Origin: Neodothiora populina
Taxonomy: Eukaryota
Reading direction: 5' to 3'
Assembly (NCBI RefSeq): GCF_041146345.1
Contig: NW_027191404.1
Span: 1,612,001-1,676,000, forward strand
Length of the DNA stretch: 64,000 bases
Part shown: positions 13,601 to 25,600 of the stretch, piece by piece
Layout of the letters: each line of letters begins with the position of its first letter
Position numbering within the stretch: position 1 is the first letter of the stretch
Notes under the pieces: model-generated
Seen by the model: the letters and a program-made list of their open reading frames with translations, nothing else
What the model was told of the DNA's origin: nothing
The model's database searches: none
Translations under genes and position numbers: made by a program

Positions 13601-16600
13601 AACGGGACAAAGCGGCCAAGAAGGCTGCCCAGGAGGCAAGATCTCTCTCCCCCACGCCAGTCACGGAAACGCCTACACGCTCCGAGTCCCGAGACGACTT
13701 TGAACTTCCCTTTAACAACGAAGATAAGAAGAGGCAAGAGAAGCTTGCTAAATGGAATGCCCTGAATGATATGGACACGTCGAGCACTTTCAGCGAGCAT
13801 TCCTTGCATTCCAGACGAGCTGAAGAGCCGAAACAGAACTCTAGCAAGGCTCAGAGTGATTTCGACTTTCCTTTGACCGAGAAAGAGAAGGAGAAGGAGA
13901 GGAATGCGAAACGTAACAAAGAATCTAGGCGAGATATCGTCGAAGACGTAAGCACAGCAGCTTTACTTGCTGGTGGAATCGCAGCCGCCGTGTCGCATCG
14001 TGATAAGTCACCACCGAAGCCCGACAAACATGCCGTGCGCGATGAGAAGCGTGTCGCCGAACCAGAGATGCCCACTTGGGATGCCCCGGAGATGAAGCCA
14101 CTGCCAATCTCTCCGACCGAGGAGCGCAAGGCTTATGCACCCAGCAATTCTCACCATGACGCCGACGACTGGTCAGAAGCCAGAGCGAAAAGCAAAGCAA
14201 AGAGAACCAGCGCTCAATTTTACTCTCCAAGTGCTGCGTCGCCTCTGCGTTCCGAGCTCGTCTGGGACGACTACACGGGACGCGAACCCGAACGATCTGA
14301 CCGTAGACATGCTGACGGAGAACGCCGCTCGCATTCGCGCAGTCAGTCCAGGCATCGCGCTAGGTCGGAGAGTGTCGACGTCCGAAGACGCATGAGTCTG
14401 CCATCGCCTGAGGAAGAGCGGGACGCAAGATCAGTAGTCTCCGCCCCTGTGGAACCAGAAGAGGATGGCAGCAGACATAGACATCGGAGATCGCGCCACG
14501 AAGACAACGACCACGACTCTGCTAGAAGAAGCCACTCGGTAGCTGCATCTGAGCCGACCAGCGATAGCTCGAGGAAACATCGCAGAAGAAAACACGACAG
14601 TGCTGATGTGGACGATACTGCGTCTGTGCACTCTTCCCGCTCCCACCGTGACGACGACGATGCTAGCAGCAAGAAAGAGAAGAAGTCTGGTGGCATCTTG
14701 AGTCTGTTCCGCCGCAAATCCTTAGATAGTGCACCAAAGGCTAGGGAATTGGAAGATGAGGAGGGTCACAATGGCGAGAAGAAACATAGACATCATCGTC
14801 GAAGGAGCTCCGAACGCAGTGCCATAGGTGACGAAAGGAGTAGAGCGGACTTGGAACCTCATTCACGACATAGAGATGAGTCGAGACATTCCAATGTCTC
14901 TAGGCATCGTAGTGTGTCTAGGCACAGAAGCAGCAAGGATGAAAGCATCACTGCTGATGCTCTAGATGACGCATCGGAGTCTCGAAGACGACACAGACAT
15001 CATCGCGATGAGTCCACACATTCGAGCGCGTCGCGACATCGAAGTAGCCATGCTGATGATGTTGACGATGGGGCTGGATCTACGCGACACAGACATCATC
15101 ATCATCGCGACGAGTCGAGGCACTCCAGCGCTTCGAGACACCGCAGTAGTAAGGACGACACTGCCAAAGCAGACGACGTCGACGATGCTCGCTCATCTGA
15201 GTCAGGGAGGAGACGTAAGCATCGACACAGAGACGAGGGCGAGGGAGATGGCCGCTCTCACACTGGCGATGTTGACATCGATGACACCCTTTCGCAGACC
15301 TCTGAGTCGAGAAGGAGGCATAAAAGTCGGCACAGAGATCGCGACGAGTCGGTTGATACACGTCTTTCGGATAGCAGGGTCAGTCACTTGACATAGTTCG
15401 TCTCTTAACAAATTTGCTAGCTAACGCAGTAACAGTCACGTAACGTAGAGGATCCGTACTACAAGGAACGTGACCAGTCTTTTTTAGGGCAGCGGGTAGA
15501 GGCTGAGGAGCTTCCACCTCTACCCGCGAGCTCTCCTTCTTCGCCGACTTCAGCTCCAAAGTCGACGGAATTTTCTTCTTTCGGTGAACCTAATACCGTC
15601 ACACTTGAGCATCCGGGATCCACAGTACCAGATTCCACTATTTCACCACATAATCTTGAACAATCTGAAGAACGGACAGCATCCAGGGATGTACCTAATG
15701 AGCAATTGACATCGCTTGAGGGAGCCTCTGTACCTCTGCCTGTCAGCCGACCTCCTTCGCCAGGCGATGAGGAAGCACTGCCGGAGTCACTACCACTTCC
15801 AAGATCTCGTTCTGGATCACCGGCATTGACAGTCCGTACCCCTACCAGGCCGTTCATACCCCTCAAACCTAGTTCATCGACATCAATCCCCCTTCGTTTC
15901 AAGCGTCCACCGCTGTCGCCTCTTGAACAGCGGGAACGTTCAAGCAGCTTCAGCTCGCCCCAGTCAGAGCCCCCAGAGTCACCTAGCACGCCACGAGTGA
16001 GACAAGGAAGACCGCACTCGACAGAATTCAAACAGTCTACAGAATTCAGACCACTATACCTTGTCGAGCGCAATAGTAAGGCCGAGACAGGACAAACGGA
16101 GGAGGCACTCCCAAGCCTACCATCAAGTCGGAACACAAGTCGGTCATCGAGTTATCAGGGAAGCGAAGAGTGGGAGTCCGCAGTTGAAGAGATTTCGTCC
16201 AGCCCAGAAGGACGCGATATCGTCAGCCACGACGTTGAGCACCAGTATCATAATGAGGACATGCTCGGGTCTCAGCAGACAACTCCTAAAGCAAGCGAGT
16301 TCCCGGCCAATGTCCTGGAGGCTCGCCCTCATGGCGAGCCTGAGTACTATTCATGGAGTGACGTTGAGCGCGAGGAGAGGATTCACGAGAAAGACTCCCT
16401 AGAAGCTATGCAGTCCTTAAGCCACAATGCTAGAGCAACGCATCTCGAAGAAGCCGTAGTCGCGGCCCTCGCTGGTTTCGCTGTAGGTGAGGTAGCGGGC
16501 GCGCCCGCCCAGATCAACGAAGACCCGATGGCTTCTGATATCTGGGGCGACGAAAGCGACAGAGACGATCAGAAGCCCTTCGAGGCCTCGCAAAGTGCTG

Positions 16601-19600
16601 TGCCAGATCAAGTAGACGATTTCATTGGTTCTGCTCCAGCATCACCAGTGTCTCGATCTCCCTCACTCAAGAAGGGCAAAAAGGGCAAGAAGGGAAAGCA
16701 GCTCAAGCTTGGTACAGCGTCCAATTCCGAACCGATCGCAGAGGTTTCAGCGGAGGAATTAAAAGGCAGAAGAAGAAATGATACCCAAATGATGGTCGAT
16801 TCTTGGTTCCAACCCGAGTCCGATGCGAGTCAAGAAAATGAGCTTGTAGAGCAAATTCAGATGCCCGCTAAGATCTCTCCTGAAGACGTAGAGCCCGATG
16901 CTGCAATCGAGGGACACGCGATTGATGCCCAACAAGATGCCAGCGCAACTGCTATATCAGATGCATCAATAACAAACGCCGCATCGGCTCCCACCGAGAC
17001 CACCGAGCCGTCCAAAGACGACGATGCGGACTCCACAATATCTACGCCTTCCAATGTTGCATCCCTGCTTCTCGCCCGCAAGAAATCGAAAAAGGACAAG
17101 AAAAAGCAAAAGAAGTCTGGAGGCACTTCCGTCGTCTCTGATCCTCAGTCTGATGACTCGGTTACTACCTGCGACGTGAGTTCTGAGCCTGTTGTGGCTA
17201 GAGATGAAGATCTGTCTAAGGGTGGGGATGATTCGTTGTCTTCTTTAAACGACGATGCTGCTTCTGTGCCTTTGCCAGCTGGTGCTGTTGTCGCTCCTGA
17301 GTTTCTTCCGGGACATTCGCCCGAAGATGCTTTCGCACGACCTGAGGGGATATCTGGAGAGATTGCCGCTCTGTCTGAGCCTTCGCCTGGAGTCCTCACT
17401 TCAGTGATCGAGTCGCCCCTCGAAGAAACCAATGCAATACGCGAGCTTGCCTCAGAGGCCATCAATGAAGGCATAGTAGACAAATCAGAAGAATCCGTGT
17501 CAGACAAATTTGCAGAGCCTACAACAGGCGAGCCAGAGACACCCACGACCCCCCTCTCGAAAGCAGAGCGCAAAAAGAAGAAGAAAAAGAGCAAGAAAAC
17601 AGATAGCTGGGTCGATGAGCCTCAGGTTGATACCACTTTGGCACCTGAGACTCCGGGGGAGAATGCTGTTGAAGATCCGATAGCCGCTGTCGCAGATGAG
17701 TCCACCAATGAGGCAGGAGTTGAGGCTCAGTCGACCGCTCTTGAGGTGGAAGATCCTCTTACTGAGGTCTCGGGTGAACTCGAGCCGTCACAACGCGATG
17801 AGATGATTACCTCCTCCGCAGTAGGCGTTGGTGAACTACTGTCAGTGACTGTACAAGACGATGTCGTATCAACTCTATTTGAAGTCGAGAGAGGCGTTTC
17901 CGATGGCCCCGAGGCAATTGCTCTGCCTACAACGACCAAGGCTGCGACACATCCAAGCGAAGAACAAGATCATCAAGAAGACGCATCAGAAGTTCAACCA
18001 CTTGCGGACGTCTCAGAAACGCCGGCTGAAAGCGACGACGCCGGTGTCCAATCACGGTTGCCGAGCAAGAAAAAGAAGAAGGGCAAGAAAGGCAAGGCAA
18101 ACTCAATCGTAGCTGAGCCGACTGAAGAAATCATCGCGCCAGTCGAGGAAAATGCGGATACTACTACAACTGACACAGTTAGAGATGTCCCCATTCTAAC
18201 GGAAGAGCCATCTCAGACGAACGAACCTCTCGCCAACACCGCAACTCCAGCTGCGCCAGAGCAAGCACCGTCGTCATGGGCAGACGAAATGGACGAGCAC
18301 GAAACGGTGAACTCCCCAATCGCTGAGCTTACCGAAACGTCGAACTTGGTCGAAGCTCCCACTGAAGCGCAGACACAGCCTGCAGAGGATGACGATTGGG
18401 CTCTCCCAGCTAAGAAGAGCAAAAAAGACAAGAAGAAGAAAAAGAAGAGCTCCGTGTTCGAAGATTTAGAGCCTGAACCGCAGGCTGCTGAAGCATCTTC
18501 TGCACAAGTAGACGGACCGGAGTCTGCTGAACCCTCTCCTGCACAAGTAGAAGGACCGGAAACCCTAGCAGTTGACGACACTGCTGTTCTCGAACCAAGC
18601 ATCCCAGAAGTCATACTCCCAGGAGCTATAGAAGTCAAGGCCGATGATGAGTGGGCTCAGCCTGCAAAGAAAGGGAAGAAGGGGAGGAAGGGTAGGAAGA
18701 GCGTGGTTTCGGAGCCTTCTACACCGCTGGAGGAGGAGACAAACCCCTCGACTGAGACTGAGGCAATTGAATTGTCGTCCTTGCCTGTCGGAGTGGATGC
18801 AAGAGAAGTCAACAACGATGAAGCACCTGGTGCTAAGATATCTGAACCTGATAAATCTGGGGCCGAGGAATCTATCCATGAAACTACTGCACTCGGAGGA
18901 CCTATGGCAGAGGCAACCACAGTCGAAACGCCTGCAGCCGAAGAGTCTGCGCTTGAGTCAAGCATAGTACCTGAGACAGTGGCCGAGGACGAATGGGCAT
19001 ACACTCCATCAAAGAAGAGCAAGAAGGGTAAGAAGGGCAAGAAGGATTCCGTCACCGCTGAGTCACCACCAGACGACGCGGGTGCAAGTCCTGAGGAAGA
19101 TCAGAAGTCTAGAAACCAAGACGATCTTGTCGCAACTAATACACCAATCACGAACACTGCAGACGACAATTTTGACGCGCCAGCTCACCTCCAGACAACA
19201 GATGATGCGCGACCCTCGGCGGATCTGTCTGAGACTTTACCCGAAAACATCGCGCTGCCTGGGGACGAGCTCACAGGTACTTCTGTTCAAGAAGAGGGTA
19301 CATCAACAGAAGCTCAAGAGCCGATCGAAGAAGTTTCTCAGAGCGCCGCAAATACTCAACAACAGTCCGACGTCGCTCCTGCTACATCTGAGGAGCTCAC
19401 GAAAGACAAGATTACCGATACTGGACTCCAGCAGAGTGAAGGCGTTGCAGGTACAGCTGCAATTTTGATACCAGAAGGAGACGCAGCAGCGATAGTAGAC
19501 CCTCTGGAGACTGCGGACAACAATGTCACCAAGACTGAACCCAAAGAAAACGAGGGGTTCGAGAAGGCTATCACGCCCGAAGTACAAACCGCCGAAGACG

Positions 19601-22600
19601 AGTGGGCCACGCCGACTTTTAATAAAACTAAAAAGAACAAGAAGAAAAGGAAGTCTGGCATTGAGACACCACCAGTGCAAATGCCTGCCGTTGGAGAGAC
19701 CAACGAGCCCTCGCCCACAGACAACAACGTGAACGTCGACACTTCTGCTGAGCTAGTGACAGATAACCACGACGCAAGTACTACAGAACTCAACGAAGTG
19801 CCGCGTGAAGCACCAGCTACGGAAGTGTCAGAGGATATTTGGGCGTCTCCCGTGTCGAAGAAAGGGAAGAAAGGCAAGAAAGGCAAGAGGAGCTCGGTTG
19901 TAACCTCTACTGAGTCCCAAGAGCCTCAAACTCGCGCAGTTCCTGAGGAAGTCGTCGCTGATGATTCTCTGCCCAATGTCGACGCGTCTGCAGCTGGTGG
20001 TCAGCTTGAGGAAAAAGATACTATGCAAACTTTTGTGCAGGAGGACAAGACCAAGGCAATTGACGTGTCAATTGCCCCGTCTATAGACATCAACGACTTT
20101 ACGCCTCAAGAAACACCTGCAGACGAAATATTCTCTACTCCCCTCGAGCCCAGTTCTACTGCTGAGCCGAACTACTTTGGTGCAAGTACCAATCATTCTT
20201 TGCAGACCTCAGATGTGCCAGAGTTTCAAGACAAGGATGAGGTCAAGCCTCGGAACAATGAGTCTTATGAAGAACTTGACGACTGGGACGATCTGACAAT
20301 GAATATCAACGAGCAATTGAACGAGAAGCACATCCTATTCGAGACACCTGCCGATCAATTCTTCTCCACGCCCTTCGAGGCTGTCGCTCTTCCAGGCAGT
20401 GATTACTTCACCTCCAGCGCCTCAATCGAGCATCCACAGATCCCTATAATTGCAGCCACGGACGAGACAACCACAGCACCAAGTCTAGATAAGAACGATA
20501 GAGACACCAACAACGACCCTGAATATAAAATCATATCCCCGCACGACCAAGGCCAACCAGAGGAACAAGACTGGGACGACCTTACCATGAATATCAATGA
20601 GCGTGAGTCCCGAAGCTACGAACCGGAAAAGCCCGTGATTGTCAAAGTAGCTGAAACCAACGAGGGTTCTTCTGAACCCGGTGTGCCAGGGATGAAATTT
20701 TATGAGGATGTCTCGTCTCCGGCTGTCGTTGCATTCGATGCCGAGGCGGAAGATGCTACGCAGCAGAAGGAGGCGGTGATTGAGGGGGTGGTTGTCGATC
20801 CAAAGGATGTACCTTTGCCTGCATTGCACGAGGAGGAGCTATCTGGAGACTTGGTTGAGAGTGCTGTCGACAATACATTTGGTTCTAGCAATGACAATGA
20901 AGGACATCTCGACAGCAAGACAGCGATGGAGAGTCCTACGCCCCCTGCAGATGACGATGCCGAGGACGTGGTCACTTTGCCAAAGCTTTACAAGAAGGAC
21001 AAGAAAAAAGCTAAGAAGGCAGAAGCGCGAGAGTCAACCCCGTCGATCTCTATGCCTCAGGAAGATGAATCCCTGACTCCCCTTGTCGACAACGATACGT
21101 ACCAAAACTCTGCACATCAGCCTTCGCTGGACGGGAGCATTCCTGATGGAAATGCACTGCATGAGCGGGCGCAACAGGACACGGAGGCAGCTGTCAATAT
21201 TCCTACCGAGGAGCCCATGCACGCTGATCCCGTCAAGCAATCTTCAGAAGACAATGAGACAGACAAGACGCTGCAGGATCTGGATCAGGAACCAACGACT
21301 ACACCAGAGCAAGCTGTCGAGACAAGCGAGACACCAGCTCATGCCGCGGACGTTGCTGCCCATGGCACAGAGGCATTGGCTGACGCCTTACTGGGATCCA
21401 CGACAAACACAGCATCGAATGCTGCCGCGCAGGAAATTCCCCAGGACGTCAATTCCAGCTCCACAGAAGTTGTCGATAGTATTCCTCGGGACCTAGATAC
21501 TGCTACAGAAGACGCCCTTAGTGTGCCTGCGAATCTTTCCAAGAAAGACAAGAAAAAGGCCAAGAAGAAGGCTACAGCAGCACAGGAAGAACCTCCTTCG
21601 GATACAACTCTGGGGCCATCTGCGGAGGAGCAGGTGACCAGTGCCGATCCTTCAAAGAAAGCAGACTTGAAGCAGTCGCAGGATCCACAGTCCACAAGGG
21701 CAGATCTTGGTGATGATTTTGCTCGTGCTTTCGAAGCACCTATCGGCTTTGATGCATCTGGTGATCAGGAAGAGGCCAAACCGGCCATATTTCGTGACAC
21801 TCCAGAGAAAGGTCTATCGCTGGCAAGTGAAGATGTTGACGACAACAATCAGCAGAGCCTAGGCAAGATTGTCGATGAGGAGCCAGAAGTCATCCCTGAG
21901 AGAGCCGCAGAAATGGAGGAAGAGCAAGAGACGCCAGGCTTCGAGACTCCAAAGAAACTCTCCAAGAAGGACAAGAAACAGGCAAAGAAAACAAAAGCTC
22001 TCGACTGCGGACCCGAAGAGACCAGTCAACAACCCCTACCTGACAGCCTCGCTAACGAATTCCAATCTGAACTAGCACCAGTGAATTCGATCTTCCCGAG
22101 TGAGGTTTCTGCACTTGATACCCCTGCAGACAACAAAGTCAAGGATTCACCACAATTAAAATCTCGATCAGCTCCCTACGAGCCAGAACCCGAGTGGGAC
22201 ATTCCACAGAACATTTCGAAAAAGGAGAGAAGAAAGAAGCAGAGAACCGGCGAGACCAAGATCTGGGAAGACGAGCCTCTCGTTGCTGCTGACCCTGAGG
22301 TGAAAAGCTTCATCACCCCTGCTGCTCAGGGTCAGACGGATTTTGAACCTCCCAGCGAAGGAATCGAGAGTTTCAACCCACATGTCCCTGAGACTATGGC
22401 GGTTGATGCGACTGGTAGCAGAGGAGAAGATGTGCTTGAAGCTGCTAATGTACCGTTGCCCGAGACACCAGGTGCGGAATCAATCGAACTACCTGAAGAG
22501 GACGTGCCTGCGGCTCAGATAGCTCTCCCTGCAATACCAGCTGCAGAGCCCACTGAGGCACTGGATGAAGCTAGCCATGCTGCCACTGTACCTGTTTCCC

Positions 22601-25600
22601 AGACACAAGATTCCGAACAGGAACAGTCGATCTCGACTGAAAATGTTACGTCTGGTGATCCTACAGTCGAAGCCCCTGCAGATGTTCAAGACATTGAAAG
22701 CCCACCCACCAACGATAACACCGATATTGTTACAGCAGAAGACCCTAGCGCTATAGCCGATATCTCGCAAGCCACAGAGGATCTCATATCTGAGCCGACC
22801 TCCGAGTCCACCGGGGACGTCCCCCAGAAGCTCTCGAAGAAAGACAAGAAAAAGGCGAAAAAGGCAAAAGCAAGAGGACAGGAGCTGGATACTAAAGATC
22901 TCGAAGTTGAAGTGCAGCAAATGTCTGAGCCTGTGATTGAGATGCCGTCTATTGAGACTCCAGGCCTCAAACTAACAAAAGAGCTTGAGCAACCTCAGGG
23001 TGAGATGAATGCTTCTGATGTTCCACTGCCGGAGACTCCGGGCCCCAACAAATCAGAAGAGCTTGAGTCCTCGAAAGGCGAGATCGATCCGTCTGATGTC
23101 CCGATTCAAGAAACATTAAGCGAACCAGCTCTTGAAAGTCTTCATGAGTCCAGAGCAGAATCTGAAGCTGAGCCGGTCCAAAAGCTTTCCAAGAAGGACA
23201 AGAAAAAGGCCAAGAAGAACAAGAAGAACAAGAAGAACGTCGAGACACCAGTGGAAGAGCCTCAGCCTGAGATTGTCCCGGATGATGGCAAGGATCAGGT
23301 CGGAGAAGAACCGATACCCACCAATGACGCGGAGAGAGGAGCTGTTTCAATGGATGTTTCCGAGGCTGCTTCCACGCCTGTGCCAGAGACGCCAGCGGGA
23401 GAAGTACAGCAAGACTTTACCCTCGATACTCATGATACAGAGATTGCGGATCCCCTGCCGAAAGGAATTGAATCTATCTCACCCAATGACGCCTCTGAAG
23501 CACTGAATGTAGAACCGACTCAACGTCAGGAAGATGACTTCGCTCCAGTTCCACAAACCAAGAAGAGCAAGAAAGACAAGAAGAAGGCAAAGAAGGCGAT
23601 GCTTTCTAGCGAACCCGAGTCACTTATCCAGCAGACTCCAGAGACTCCCACGGATGGCGACGTCGACGCTAGAGATTTACAAGATCTAGCCGTGGAAGGT
23701 GAGAACCAAGTAAATGTAGAAGATCGCTTTATGTCGTCCAAAGAGACCTCGGTAGAAGTCGCACTCGGTGAGCGTGCCGATGCCAGTGGACAAGACAAAG
23801 AAACTCAATTGTCGTTGCCGATTGCTACGGAAGAACAAGTAGTCGAACCTGATGGCGAGTCAAAGAACGCCATCGGCTCACCTACAACGACAATGACAGA
23901 GCCGAATACCGGCGACATGAATTCAAGATCAGACCAAGATTCGCTTTCTACCAACCAAGGACCTGCCCGAACAGAGGACACAAACCGCGATATAGACTTT
24001 GCTGCCACTCTCGCAGCCGGACTCCAGGATTCAGGCTTCGACCCTAATCTTGTAGTCGATGACCCGGTCTTCCACAGACGAATCTCTCCTCCTGGAGCAC
24101 CTGAAGCCGATCCAGAAGAGATGTTCTCAATTACATCGAAGAAAAAGAAGGGCAAGAAAGGAAGGAAAAGCGAAGTAATCGCCGAGCAAGATAGTCTTGA
24201 AACTGGCGTTGACAAGTCCTCATCGAATGTGGCTACCATTGCACCTACAGCCAAGGATCCTGCAGAAGTAGATGATTTCGCAGCCGCTCTGAGCGCTGGA
24301 CTTGCTGCCTCGGGATTTGCCTCTGATATACTCGACAATCACCCGTCTAGTCAGGTTATACCTGATGATGAGCCAGAGGCGATATCGTTCGCGGTATCAA
24401 AGCGGAAGAAGGGTAAGAAGAGCAAGAAACAGCAGCCTCTCACACCTGATGCCCTGAAATTGACTGGCGAACATGTCAAAGAGGGACAAAGTCGAGGCCT
24501 TCCTGCTATAACCAAGCCAGAGCTAGCGCAGTCTAACGAGAACAATATCGTACAATTACACCATCACGAGCCTCAGATTCAAGATAAGAAGCCCCAAGAC
24601 CTTACCCATGAAAGGAAGCTATCCCCAATCACCGATGTTCCTACGCGTACTCTAAGTCCCGGCAGCAGAATTGCGAACATCTTTCCCGATCTTCCTCGCG
24701 TGAAGAGACGAACTCACTCTGCTGCCTCGCAGGAACCTTGGGTGGCGGACCTCCTCGATTCGACTAAGGCTACGAATCAGACAACGGAGGATCTCTCAAG
24801 GCCAGACGATGACAAGGCCAAGCCAACACACAATGTTTCCACAGCTTCTACGGACAATCCTCCATATCTTGCCTCAGACGGTTCTGACACAGCTATTGAC
24901 AAAAAGTCTGTCGAAGATCCGACGGCCCCGCAGGACGACAAGAAAGCTCAGGAACCAACTGCTGGAGACTATACACATGATGACGATCGGTCTATTGCCC
25001 AACCAGCATCCTGGTCGTTTGCCAGCTTGGGTGACACTGGAGTGACGAGCGAAGATCCACATACACCCATTGACCAAGGACTGACTGACGAGGAATCTAC
25101 AACCCGTGACCGACATGAACGGGATACCGATCAAGGATCTCGCGACGATCCCTTGCGAATTGCGATTGAGCTCAACCCAGACTGGAGCCTACCTGTCCCA
25201 AAGCAACGTCGCAAAGGACAGTCTGACCCTGACACTACACTTAATGTCGCCGACCAGCCCGAAGGCGGACGAGTCCCGTCTCCTGTGGAATCCACCACAA
25301 AAGAACGAACGTCGTATCTATTCCAGTCACCCCCTGCTGCTTACCGCGACGCAATTGCCGCCCTGGAAGGCACTACTGAACCACCTACATCGCACCCGAT
25401 GGAACAGACGCCAATACGTCGCACTGCCAACAGCGCTCCTCGTTCGATTCCAGGCGAGGAGAACACGGACCAAAGTGCCAATTTCGCAGTGCCGCCATCA
25501 ATCAATGCACAAGACGACAATATCCGCTATGTACCTCACGGATCGCCTGAACTGAAGAAAAGTCATTCTGTCACAGATGTTGAGTTCCCGGAGCAAGACA

